DNA of 64,000 bases from a plasmid, in sequence record NZ_CP040051.1; one strand, written 5' to 3'. The stretch's first letter is position 1. The number at the start of each line of letters is the position of its first letter. A model generated the notes under the pieces. That model made no database searches, had not been told where the DNA came from, and saw only the letters and a list, made by a program, of their open reading frames with translations. A program made the translations under genes and the position numbers. Positions 50,681 through 60,669 of the stretch are shown in pieces.

Positions 50681-51607
50681 TTATCTTAAGCGGCAATAAT
50701 CCTGAAGGTTATCTTTAAAATCTAGACATACATAATTTATAGATTTTTCAAACTGGTTAAAAAGAAACTTATTTAAATCAGAAATACATATTTCATCAAT
50801 TATGTCTAATAAAGCCGATTTAGACTCTTCATAAAGTTTACGACATTTCTCTAATGCAAACTCCGGATCTGAACAATCTAAGAAGTTTAGCGTGCCATCC
50901 AAGAAGGATAAAATTCTGTTTGATAAGAAGTTGTTGTAATAGTTTTCAATATTGCTTTGTGATTGTGCTAAGCACTCCAAAAAACGAACTATATTTTCAG
51001 TTTTTAAATGACCACTGAAGGTAGTTAAAAGATGATCATGTGCATCAACAATTCCATAACCTAAACTAATACGATTATTAATTGCATTTGTAGAATTGAA
51101 CACTATAGGATTGCCTTTTAGATCCAGTGCAATAAATTGCTCACCATCTTTAAACAGTTCCTTTTCTTCAACAGTTTTTTGTACGGCATTGGCAATCACT
51201 AACATTTTTGACAGTTGCTCGTTAATAAGATCTCTTGAAGATGCAGAAAGGTCTGTATGCGCCGGAGTGAAATTTTTTATACAGTGCTGAATTTCAATGC
51301 CAATTTGTTTCTCATTATAGTGATGTGAATTCTGTAGATTGAAGATGTTATACAACGAGATATTTAAGATTAAATTGTCATCATCAGGAATCGAAATCTC
51401 TTCTGGAGTAGCGACTAAAACGGTTGCTATACACTCACCATACATCTTTTGTAGATGTTGTTCGCAGAAGTGAAGAATAGAAGGGATGTGAGACTCAACC
51501 TGAGAAAACTTTTTTATGTTCAAGCAAGCAATGATTCGCGGCTTATGGTAACCAACTAAAGGATCTATTCCGAAATTGTTATTAAACAGCATAGAATTGC
51601 TCGGCAT
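50681..51607 (-). CDS. hypothetical protein
   Basis: 308-aa ORF with no recognisable family. Confidence 0.45.
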   Translation of the reverse strand: MPSNSMLFNNNFGIDPLVGYHKPRIIACLNIKKFSQVESHIPSILHFCEQHLQKMYGECIATVLVATPEEISIPDDDNLILNISLYNIFNLQNSHHYNEKQIGIEIQHCIKNFTPAHTDLSASSRDLINEQLSKMLVIANAVQKTVEEKELFKDGEQFIALDLKGNPIVFNSTNAINNRISLGYGIVDAHDHLLTTFSGHLKTENIVRFLECLAQSQSNIENYYNNFLSNRILSFLDGTLNFLDCSDPEFALEKCRKLYEESKSALLDIIDEICISDLNKFLFNQFEKSINYVCLDFKDNLQDYCRLR

Positions 51608-51878
51608 ATATTCAGGCTAAGTTTGTTTCTTTAACTACCAAATGAGCAAACTTGTTGACTCACGAAGTAAATAAGTTCAAATCATAATGATTATAAACTA
51701 ACCAAAGTTTAAAATTTTGAAAAATGTTTCAAAATTGTATGTTTGTTAACAAATCGTACAGAACGATCCGCTTTTGTGTAATTTTACCGAAAAATAGAGG
51801 TTATGAGAACGAAATTTGTATCAAAATTAAAAATTAGATAAATTCAATTATCTGATTTTGTAAAGTAAATATAAGAAA

Positions 51879-51907
51879 GGCCAAATTTAGTATTGGCCTT
51901 TTTCCTT
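51879..51907. terminator. Rho-independent terminator after the 367-aa gene
   Basis: AAGGCCAA…TTGGCCTT plus a T-run. Confidence 0.55.
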
Positions 51908-53011
51908 TTATTTTAATGAATTAGAGGCATTGAGCTCATCAAAGAAATTATTAATTTGTTCGTCGATTTCGACCGGTGAGTTCATGCGTGGGGGCATAAA
52001 TTTAAGGCGAATTTCATAATCTTGAATATAAGCTGTCCAGTGAACACCTGTTATTCTATATTCAGTTTTGGATTCATATTTTTGCTGACGTGCTACGAAA
52101 GCTCGATAATCTACTCCGTATTTGACGCCAATTCGCCACATTTTATGATTAGCTGGTGCATTTACTCTATATTCACCTTTCTGCCAATAAGCGGCCTCTA
52201 GATCCTTAAATGAGGGTTTTTTAGTTACATTCTGTCGAGTAGAGTTCTTAGTAAAATTATCAATAGCTATTTCATCTGTACATATTGAAGAAATTAGCGA
52301 AATTACTGGAGCAATATGTTCATTGAGTTCTTCTGGACTTTCCAGATTAATACCCCATTTGAACTTGATTTGTTGACTCACCTTGCCAGAACGTTTTATG
52401 TCAAAAACGATAGTAGGGAGAGGCTTGAGCAGAGCAAAATTATTTTCTTCAAATGGGTTATGAGTGTCTAATGTAATAATGAGTTGGTCAGGTAGAGTAT
52501 TCTTTAAAGTATCTATGCTGTTCGAAGATAGATCGAGGATTGCATACACACCATAAACCTTATGATCTGCAATATTTAAAGGTGTTGCTAGATCAATGTA
52601 GATACAACCTTCTGGTAAATTAGTCAAAAGTTGATGATCAAGATATTTTCCTGCTGAATGTTTAATCAAACATTCAAACGTGTATTCATCAAAACGATAA
52701 ATACTTTTAGTGTATCTCCATGTAAATGCTGCAACAAAATTTGCGAAATATGCATCGATTACAAATGGATCTTTAGTTTTATTTATTTGCACTTGTTCAT
52801 ATAGTTTGGCCATGATGGTTGGTCTTAAGACTTCTTGCCATAAGTTTGTTGGTAAAAATACACATGGATGCCACTTATATTCTGTTATTGGTGCATTCAG
52901 GCGGCCTTTATTTATTGATTTTGTGTCTGCAACTGTTTGATAAAACGTTCGTTTAACATGCTCAAATATATGTTCAATTGTTGCTAAATAATCGAGTGGT
53001 TTAACATTCAT
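51908..53011 (-). CDS. hypothetical protein
   Basis: 367-aa ORF, divergent from the topoisomerase gene. Confidence 0.45.
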   Translation of the reverse strand: MNVKPLDYLATIEHIFEHVKRTFYQTVADTKSINKGRLNAPITEYKWHPCVFLPTNLWQEVLRPTIMAKLYEQVQINKTKDPFVIDAYFANFVAAFTWRYTKSIYRFDEYTFECLIKHSAGKYLDHQLLTNLPEGCIYIDLATPLNIADHKVYGVYAILDLSSNSIDTLKNTLPDQLIITLDTHNPFEENNFALLKPLPTIVFDIKRSGKVSQQIKFKWGINLESPEELNEHIAPVISLISSICTDEIAIDNFTKNSTRQNVTKKPSFKDLEAAYWQKGEYRVNAPANHKMWRIGVKYGVDYRAFVARQQKYESKTEYRITGVHWTAYIQDYEIRLKFMPPRMNSPVEIDEQINNFFDELNASNSLK

Positions 53012-53184
53012 AATTTATTCAGGCCCTTCATGTCCTTAGACATATTAAGTTTGTCTCGATTCTATCATTTAAAAATTGACACTTTAAAAAAATAAATTGA
53101 AAAAATACATAGGTAACTTATCATCTATACTTGAATACACAAGTTCAGATCGCTGGCGACTGAATGATAAGAAGGAATGTAGAA

Positions 53185-55446
53185 ATGACTGATTTAGTTA
53201 TCGTAGAGTCATCTAATAAGGTTGACTCTATACAGGGCTATCTAGATAGCCTTTTTGGTCGAGGTAAATTTAAAGTTTCATTTAGTAAGGGCCATATACG
53301 TGACTTACCCAAAGACTCACTAGGATTAACTGCCGAATATACACCTAACTATGTGTTTAATGATTCTGGTGCAAGTCGTGTAAGAGAGCTAAAAGCATTA
53401 GTTGAGAAATCACAAAAAGTATATCTTGCTACGGATCCGGATCGAGAAGGTGAGGCTATTGCATGGCATCTTAAAACGGTTCTCCGGCTTAACGAAAATT
53501 ATGGTCGAGTTACATTTCAGGAGATTACAAAGACAGCAGTAGCACAAGCTATGGGTAACGAGCGTAAGTTAAATATGCAAGTTGTTCAAGCACAAGAAAC
53601 ACGAAGAATTCTAGACCGAATTATTGGATACATTGGAACACCGGCTTTTACTTTAATATGTGGTGAAAAACAGATTGCTGGTCGAGTTCAAAGTAGTATC
53701 GTATGGTATCTAGTCGATCTTGAAAATAAGATCAAACAATTCTCGTCAGTTTTGCATTTTGGTGTAACTTTCAATTTTGGTTCTGTAGATGAGTCTTGGG
53801 AAGCAAAATGGGATACATCAAATTTCATAACTAAGTTAGATCCTTTTGTAATTGATCGAAAGCTTGCTGAAGAAGTTTCAAAATTACGTGAATTCACTGT
53901 AGAAACTTTTGAAGAAAAACCAGAGAAAAGCTCTCCACCGGCTCCTTTTACAACTCCTACTTATCTACGGGCCGCACACGTTCAATTAAAACTTAAAACG
54001 AAAAGAGCAATGGAAATTGCTCAAAAATTATTTGAAGATGGCCATATAACATACATTCGTACTGACAGCCCAAATTTAAGTGATGATGCCATTCAAGCTA
54101 TTCGTGAATTTGCACTGAAGAACAAATTACCTATACCGGCAACACCACGAAAATTTAAATCTAAAGCTTTGGCTCAAGAAGGCCATGAAGCTATCAGACC
54201 GACTGATTTTAATCAATTAAAAGTATCAGATGATTCAACCATTCAGGCGGTATATCAAATGATCTGGTTGCGTTCAGTGGCTTGTCAGCTTGATGATGCG
54301 ACATTCACAGCGCGTATTGTCCGTATGAAAGGTCGCCAGTTAGTGCAAGGTCGAGAAGTCTTTGTTAAAGCTCGTGGACGTAAACTAATTGATCAAGGCT
54401 GGTTACGACTTACAGCAAAGCTAAACTTTTCTGAAGACGAGAATGAAGATATTCCGGAAGACGCTGCACAAGAGTTGAATAATCCAGTGCCGTTATTACA
54501 AAAGGCAGGGAATTTAGTTGCATTAAAATCAGATCTGAATGAGAAAAGAACCGAACCCCCACGTAGGCATTCTGAAGCTAGTCTCATTAAGTTCATGGAA
54601 GATGTGGGTATAGGTCGCCCATCAACTTTCGTAAGCATCGTTTCTAAAATTATTGATCATGGTTATGTACACTTAGACAGTAAAAATAAAATACATGCTA
54701 CTGATCTGGCTCAAAGATTGGTTGGGAAAATTTCAAACCAATTTGAATTTTGCAATCTCAAATATACAGCAGAGTTAGAAGGAAAGTTGGATCTCATTGC
54801 ACATGGTGAAAACATTGGTAAGAGGCTATTAAAAGAGACACATCTCAAAATTGAAACCCAAGCAAAAGAGTCTATTAAAAATTTAGATCAAGGTGGACCT
54901 AAACAATATTGTTCTAAGTGCTCAGAACAATTGGTGAATATGACAAGTGCGAACGGTAAGCCTTATTTCAAATGTACAAATTTGAAGTGTGGTCACATGA
55001 TGATGAATCAAGATGGGATAGCAATTGATAGAGAATCGCTTACATCAGAATTTAAGTGCATTGTGTGCGAGAGTGGCCTAATTTCGCGTTCAGGCCAAAA
55101 TGGTGAGTTCTTTGGATGCTCAGGTTTCTTCAAGAAGAGAAATAAATGTACAGCCAGTTATCAAAAGAAACCAGACGGTACACCTGACTATCAAGCATTC
55201 CTTGCCAAAAGGGAGCTGAAGGAATCTAAGCAAGAACAAGGTGAAAAACCTGTTCCTAAAAATACAGAGAAAAAGGAAAAAGAATTTAACTGTCCGGAGT
55301 GTAAAGCTCTACTCCAACAACGTACTGGTAAATCAAAAACAACAAACAAGAAGTGGGAGATTTGGTCGTGTTCTTCCCCTAATTGTAAAAATGAATATTG
55401 GGGTGAGCGAAACAAACCAATTTTCGATAAAAAGATCGTTAAATGA
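53185..55446 (+). CDS. topB: DNA topoisomerase III (type IA) with C-terminal zinc ribbons
   Basis: N-terminal Toprim (VIVESSNK…ATDPDREGEAIAWHL) and multiple C-terminal Cys4 ribbons. Start chosen at MTDLVIVESS with an AAGGA RBS. Confidence 0.8.
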   Translation: MTDLVIVESSNKVDSIQGYLDSLFGRGKFKVSFSKGHIRDLPKDSLGLTAEYTPNYVFNDSGASRVRELKALVEKSQKVYLATDPDREGEAIAWHLKTVLRLNENYGRVTFQEITKTAVAQAMGNERKLNMQVVQAQETRRILDRIIGYIGTPAFTLICGEKQIAGRVQSSIVWYLVDLENKIKQFSSVLHFGVTFNFGSVDESWEAKWDTSNFITKLDPFVIDRKLAEEVSKLREFTVETFEEKPEKSSPPAPFTTPTYLRAAHVQLKLKTKRAMEIAQKLFEDGHITYIRTDSPNLSDDAIQAIREFALKNKLPIPATPRKFKSKALAQEGHEAIRPTDFNQLKVSDDSTIQAVYQMIWLRSVACQLDDATFTARIVRMKGRQLVQGREVFVKARGRKLIDQGWLRLTAKLNFSEDENEDIPEDAAQELNNPVPLLQKAGNLVALKSDLNEKRTEPPRRHSEASLIKFMEDVGIGRPSTFVSIVSKIIDHGYVHLDSKNKIHATDLAQRLVGKISNQFEFCNLKYTAELEGKLDLIAHGENIGKRLLKETHLKIETQAKESIKNLDQGGPKQYCSKCSEQLVNMTSANGKPYFKCTNLKCGHMMMNQDGIAIDRESLTSEFKCIVCESGLISRSGQNGEFFGCSGFFKKRNKCTASYQKKPDGTPDYQAFLAKRELKESKQEQGEKPVPKNTEKKEKEFNCPECKALLQQRTGKSKTTNKKWEIWSCSSPNCKNEYWGERNKPIFDKKIVK

Positions 55447-55466
55447 TCAGAATTTGAGGTGAAATC

Positions 55467-55850
55467 GTGGATATAGTAAATACATTGAAAGCATACTCAT
55501 TGAGTGAGAAACAATATTTTCAGATCAATAGTATTCTACTGCTGGTTCTCGTAATTATATTAGGTGTTCTTGCTAAAGGCTCCTACAATGGTGTGCTGAC
55601 AAGCTTGAAGGTATCTCTGTATATACAATGTTTTATTTGTATTATGATGCAAGTCGTAGCAGTGATGGCAAATAAAACTTCACATATAAAATATTTATTA
55701 CTTGGTAGTTATTTTTTCCTTTTCTGTACAACATTTTATTTAGATAACTTCTTTTATGGGAGTACTGCCGGATTTTTTGTGAGATTCTTATGTATCTACA
55801 GTATTTTACAAGGCTGTTTTATTATCTGGCTTTATGAAAAAAATAAGTGA
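55467..55850 (+). CDS. hypothetical membrane protein
   Basis: 127 aa with 4 TM helices. Confidence 0.4.
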   Translation: MDIVNTLKAYSLSEKQYFQINSILLLVLVIILGVLAKGSYNGVLTSLKVSLYIQCFICIMMQVVAVMANKTSHIKYLLLGSYFFLFCTTFYLDNFFYGSTAGFFVRFLCIYSILQGCFIIWLYEKNK

Positions 55851-55898
55851 ATATATTTATACAGTCTTATACTATGTATAAGACTGTAAATAAATCTC

Positions 55899-56303
55899 TT
55901 ATAAAGATTTGATATTTTTTTTGTAATTATTGTCCTTGAATTTTAAGTGCTCAGTATATAATGCATCTTTTATTTCAAGACCTTCATAAATTGAAATGAA
56001 ACTGTCCCTTTTAGCCTTATTTAAAAGTTCGCGCACGGACTTGTTGTCTTTAAATTTTAAGTAATCTTCATTATTCATTAAAATATCAAGATTTTCTTGA
56101 GATAATGGTAACTTCTTTAAATCCATATCAATGCATTCATTGAATATTTTTGTATCGAGTTTAATATTATCTTTAAGTTTATATGAAAAGCGTTTTGAAA
56201 ATGACTTTTCCTCTTCATAATCATTTTCTTCAATATTTAATGTTTCCTTACATCTATCTTTAATTGCATATATTGTCTGAAGGTCAAGTATTTGATAATC
56301 CAA
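55899..56303 (-). CDS. hypothetical protein
   Basis: 134-aa ORF. Confidence 0.35.
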   Translation of the reverse strand: MDYQILDLQTIYAIKDRCKETLNIEENDYEEEKSFSKRFSYKLKDNIKLDTKIFNECIDMDLKKLPLSQENLDILMNNEDYLKFKDNKSVRELLNKAKRDSFISIYEGLEIKDALYTEHLKFKDNNYKKNIKSL

Positions 56304-56512
56304 ATTCTCATCATTAAAGGTGTTTACCGATTCAAAGCTATTCTTAAAGGATGCGTTGAGATGTTGATATAGCAGTTTTTCAGAGATTTGTGATTTAGCT
56401 ACAAGATATTCTTGTCAGTTCCACAAATAAATCAGAGTTTACACAAATAAACTAGAGCAAGAATAAAAAGTATATTATCTATAAGCTTTAATTTTTCATT
56501 TTGTAAAAATAT

Positions 56513-58300
56513 ATGCCTGTTAATAATGATAAAATAACGACTATTGATTGTTTCCCAAATGATAATATTAGTCGAGTGGTTTATCGATATGGTGGACTCG
56601 TTCGAAACGAAGATAACGACTCAACTAATCCTTTTGTTGAAGTGTTATTAATTGAGATTAGAAAAAGTGATCAATGGTTATTTTTAGATAAGTGCTCAAC
56701 ATTCCTTGTTCCCGTACTTGATCTTGATGCTGTTCAACATGGCAGTATTTGGGACGGGAATGTTCTGACCAATTACACTTATAGATTTTCAGGAAAACTC
56801 ATCACAAAACGATTTTCTTTCGACTTCAGCAATAATAAACCGAGGAACATAAAACTTTCAGACAAAATTCCGGATACGTCAGAGTACTACATTCCATTAA
56901 AAAACTATTTTCTTCCCAATAAAGTTGATTATGTTCTACAAGGCTATCCATTCACTAAATACACCAATGATTCATATCGGAAAGTGAATCACTGCTTAAT
57001 GCATTCTAATGATGGAACTCAAGTCATCACTTCCTCAATCCATATTTTGCATAGCTTATTCGTCAATCGGAAGGATATTCGGGGACTCTTATTAAGCACT
57101 TCAGGCCAATCTATCATTAACCGCTTTTTAGAATCTTATACAACAGAAGTTGAGAATGATAATATTGAATATAAAATAAAAATCAGAAAGCCATATGAAG
57201 ATATTGGCGAAACAGCAATTATATTTCTGGCTAATCTAGCCTTAAATCCATATGTGCAGACGATAGTCGATAAAATTCAACGAAGTATGGAAGTTACTGA
57301 GTTTCATCATCTTCAGCATGGCACAGGCATAAGATACCCCATTGTATATCCGCCACATCCTACAAAGCTTTTTCTTGAAGCAGAAGGAATTTGGCTAGAT
57401 GACAATAAGACACGTTTTTTTATTACTAGAGTGAAAAAATTTGATCCTATTAACGATCACATGATTGATGTCAATAAAGACCTTACCAATACTGTTTCAA
57501 AAACTGATGAAAAAAACCCTCGTCCTCGTGAAAAAAGTCAAAATAAAAATGAGCATATCAATACACAAAAACCACCATCAAGAACAAGCGGTGAATACCG
57601 TAAGCGTTCTGATGTGGAAACTGGAAATACACAAAATATTTTGAAGTATTCTTTTAATGAACCAGCCAATGACCCAATTGAAGTTGGCACATCCAATCAT
57701 CCATATTCAGATAAATCAGAGGATGTTGAAACATCATCTGATGAACCATATGGCAATAAAAATACTAAAACTAAAAAGTCTGAAACAACTGATAATCCGC
57801 CTAGCAGAGATGAACGCTTTGATATTCAATATATTATTCAATCACTTAACCATTTAACACTAGATACAACCTCTCCATTAGAACGTGTGTATTCAATTGA
57901 TATATTGGGGAATGAGATACACGGATTCAACTTACTTCAAATAAAGAAACTCGTTCCTCAACCAAAGCATCCATCTTGGATTGATGCAGAATTTGGAAGG
58001 AAATTGTTATTTTTAAAACTGGAATTGAAAGATCAGCATGATCAATATTATTTAATTGATATACATAAAAATAAAAGCCATGAAGCATTCTGTGCTTTTA
58101 TTATCGTGTCACCACATAAGTTAACCCGTGAGCAAATAAAAAATATATGTATAGAGCTTGAGAATGCAAAAGGAATTAAAAAATGGACGCTACGTTGTGA
58201 AAGTTTTACCAAAAAAATTATTTCGATTAAACATTCATCTGCTACTCCCGATGAGTGGAAAAATAGATTTAAAAATTTATTTTCAACATTAATTAATTGA
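56513..58300 (+). CDS. hypothetical protein with a central low-complexity acidic/basic linker
   Basis: 595-aa ORF with no recognisable motif. Confidence 0.45.
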   Translation: MPVNNDKITTIDCFPNDNISRVVYRYGGLVRNEDNDSTNPFVEVLLIEIRKSDQWLFLDKCSTFLVPVLDLDAVQHGSIWDGNVLTNYTYRFSGKLITKRFSFDFSNNKPRNIKLSDKIPDTSEYYIPLKNYFLPNKVDYVLQGYPFTKYTNDSYRKVNHCLMHSNDGTQVITSSIHILHSLFVNRKDIRGLLLSTSGQSIINRFLESYTTEVENDNIEYKIKIRKPYEDIGETAIIFLANLALNPYVQTIVDKIQRSMEVTEFHHLQHGTGIRYPIVYPPHPTKLFLEAEGIWLDDNKTRFFITRVKKFDPINDHMIDVNKDLTNTVSKTDEKNPRPREKSQNKNEHINTQKPPSRTSGEYRKRSDVETGNTQNILKYSFNEPANDPIEVGTSNHPYSDKSEDVETSSDEPYGNKNTKTKKSETTDNPPSRDERFDIQYIIQSLNHLTLDTTSPLERVYSIDILGNEIHGFNLLQIKKLVPQPKHPSWIDAEFGRKLLFLKLELKDQHDQYYLIDIHKNKSHEAFCAFIIVSPHKLTREQIKNICIELENAKGIKKWTLRCESFTKKIISIKHSSATPDEWKNRFKNLFSTLIN

Positions 58301-58682
58301 TTTTTATTAAATTACAAAAAACTGTCGTACTAAAAATAAGAAAGGTACTTCATAAAGGAGTTGCAAGAATCCTAACCTTTTTTTACAATTCAATAGTTGT
58401 TGAAATATTGAAATATTATTTCTAAAGTAACCGTGCATCGGAAGTTAATATTTCTAGTATTGTTTCCTGTCATAAGCATCAAGGTCTTAGCTAATAATAT
58501 AAATTAGCTCATTTGATACTTTTCAAACTTAATCTCCGTCGATATAAATCAATTAATATCAATATCTTGAAGATAGGAAATGCATAATCAGTGTTCGTTT
58601 CAAGAATCATTAGCATTATTATTTAAGGTTTAGCTATCCTATGTACTTATCTGATTTAAACGCACAACAAAGGGAACCTCCA

Positions 58683-59486
58683 TTGAATCGAACTAATATT
58701 TTTTTTGGTGAATCGCATTCTGACTGGTTGCCTGTCAGAGGCGGAGAATCTGGTGATTTTGTTTTTCGACGTGGTGACGGGCATGCCTTCGCGAAAATCG
58801 CACCTGCTTCCCGCCGCGGTGAGCTCGCTGGAGAGCGTGACCGCCTCATTTGGCTCAAAGGTCGAGGTGTGGCTTGCCCCGAGGTGATCAACTGGCAGGA
58901 GGAACAGGAGGGTGCATGCTTGGTGATAACGGCAATTCCGGGAGTACCGGCGGCTGATCTGTCTGGAGCGGATTTGCTCAAAGCGTGGCCGTCAATGGGG
59001 CAGCAACTTGGCGCTGTTCACAGCCTATCGGTTGATCAATGTCCGTTTGAGCGCAGGCTGTCGCGAATGTTCGGACGCGCCGTTGATGTGGTGTCCCGCA
59101 ATGCCGTCAATCCCGACTTCTTACCGGACGAGGACAAGAGTACGCCGCAGCTCGATCTTTTGGCTCGTGTCGAACGAGAGCTACCGGTGCGGCTCGACCA
59201 AGAGCGCACCGATATGGTTGTTTGCCATGGTGATCCCTGCATGCCGAACTTCATGGTGGACCCTAAAACTCTTCAATGCACGGGTCTGATCGACCTTGGG
59301 CGGCTCGGAACAGCAGATCGCTATGCCGATTTGGCACTCATGATTGCTAACGCCGAAGAGAACTGGGCAGCGCCAGATGAAGCAGAGCGCGCCTTCGCTG
59401 TCCTATTCAATGTATTGGGGATCGAAGCCCCCGACCGCGAACGCCTTGCCTTCTATCTGCGATTGGACCCTCTGACTTGGGGTTGA
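58683..59486 (+). CDS. strA: Aminoglycoside 3''-phosphotransferase APH(3'')-Ib (streptomycin resistance)
   Basis: The protein NRTNIFFGESHSDWLPVRGGESGDFVFRRGDGHAFAKIA… is identical to StrA; TTG start. Confidence 0.95.
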   Translation: MNRTNIFFGESHSDWLPVRGGESGDFVFRRGDGHAFAKIAPASRRGELAGERDRLIWLKGRGVACPEVINWQEEQEGACLVITAIPGVPAADLSGADLLKAWPSMGQQLGAVHSLSVDQCPFERRLSRMFGRAVDVVSRNAVNPDFLPDEDKSTPQLDLLARVERELPVRLDQERTDMVVCHGDPCMPNFMVDPKTLQCTGLIDLGRLGTADRYADLALMIANAEENWAAPDEAERAFAVLFNVLGIEAPDRERLAFYLRLDPLTWG

Positions 59487-60322
59487 TGTTCATGCCGCCT
59501 GTTTTTCCTGCTCATTGGCACGTTTCGCAACCTGTTCTCATTGCGGACACCTTTTCCAGCCTCGTTTGGAAAGTTTCATTGCCAGACGGGACTCCTGCAA
59601 TCGTCAAGGGATTGAAACCTATAGAAGACATTGCTGATGAACTGCGCGGGGCCGACTATCTGGTATGGCGCAATGGGAGGGGAGCAGTCCGGTTGCTCGG
59701 TCGTGAGAACAATCTGATGTTGCTCGAATATGCCGGGGAGCGAATGCTCTCTCACATCGTTGCCGAGCACGGCGACTACCAGGCGACCGAAATTGCAGCG
59801 GAACTAATGGCGAAGCTGTATGCCGCATCTGAGGAACCCCTGCCTTCTGCCCTTCTCCCGATCCGGGATCGCTTTGCAGCTTTGTTTCAGCGGGCGCGCG
59901 ATGATCAAAACGCAGGTTGTCAAACTGACTACGTCCACGCGGCGATTATAGCCGATCAAATGATGAGCAATGCCTCGGAACTGCGTGGGCTACATGGCGA
60001 TCTGCATCATGAAAACATCATGTTCTCCAGTCGCGGCTGGCTGGTGATAGATCCCGTCGGTCTGGTCGGTGAAGTGGGCTTTGGCGCCGCCAATATGTTC
60101 TACGATCCGGCTGACAGAGACGACCTTTGTCTCGATCCTAGACGCATTGCACAGATGGCGGACGCATTCTCTCGTGCGCTGGACGTCGATCCGCGTCGCC
60201 TGCTCGACCAGGCGTACGCTTATGGGTGCCTTTCCGCAGCTTGGAACGCGGATGGAGAAGAGGAGCAACGCGATCTAGCTATCGCGGCCGCGATCAAGCA
60301 GGTGCGACAGACGTCATACTAG
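59486..60322 (+). CDS. strB: Aminoglycoside 6-phosphotransferase APH(6)-Id (streptomycin resistance)
   Basis: MFMPPVFPAHWHVSQPVLIADTFSSLVWKVSLPDGTPAIVKGL… matches StrB; the ATG overlaps the strA stop. Confidence 0.95.
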   Translation: MFMPPVFPAHWHVSQPVLIADTFSSLVWKVSLPDGTPAIVKGLKPIEDIADELRGADYLVWRNGRGAVRLLGRENNLMLLEYAGERMLSHIVAEHGDYQATEIAAELMAKLYAASEEPLPSALLPIRDRFAALFQRARDDQNAGCQTDYVHAAIIADQMMSNASELRGLHGDLHHENIMFSSRGWLVIDPVGLVGEVGFGAANMFYDPADRDDLCLDPRRIAQMADAFSRALDVDPRRLLDQAYAYGCLSAAWNADGEEEQRDLAIAAAIKQVRQTSY

Positions 60323-60389
60323 ATATCAAGCGACTTCTCCTATCCCCTGGGAACACATCAATCTTACCGGAGAATATCGTTGGCCAAAG

Positions 60390-60427
60390 CCTTAGCGTAG
60401 GATTTCGCCCTCTCCCGCAAACGACCC
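60390..60427 (-). repeat. Tn5393-type terminal inverted repeat downstream of strB
   Basis: The reverse complement GGGGTCGTTTGCGGGAGAGGGCGAAATCCTACGCTAAGG has the Tn3-family IR ends GGGG…ACGCTAAG. Confidence 0.7.
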
Positions 60428-60441
60428 CAGGAGGAAAGGGC

Positions 60442-60666
60442 ATGAAGAAGCCGAACCAAGACGACGAGCCGTTTTTCATCACCGAGGAGATTGCGGCCGA
60501 AATGATCGCCGGCGGCTATGAGTTCGAGCTGCCGCCCATTCCTTGCACCATCCGCCTACGCGACGTGCTGGAGCGCATGACCGATGCTGAGCTAGCATTG
60601 CAGCCGGGCGAGATCGCCGACCAGGAGCGTGAACGCTGCCGGCGCAAGCCGTGTTCAACCTCATGA
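60442..60666 (+). CDS. small hypothetical protein commonly found between strB and ISCR2
   Basis: 75-aa ORF with an AGGAGG RBS directly after the IR. Confidence 0.4.
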   Translation: MKKPNQDDEPFFITEEIAAEMIAGGYEFELPPIPCTIRLRDVLERMTDAELALQPGEIADQERERCRRKPCSTS

Positions 60667-60669
60667 TCT

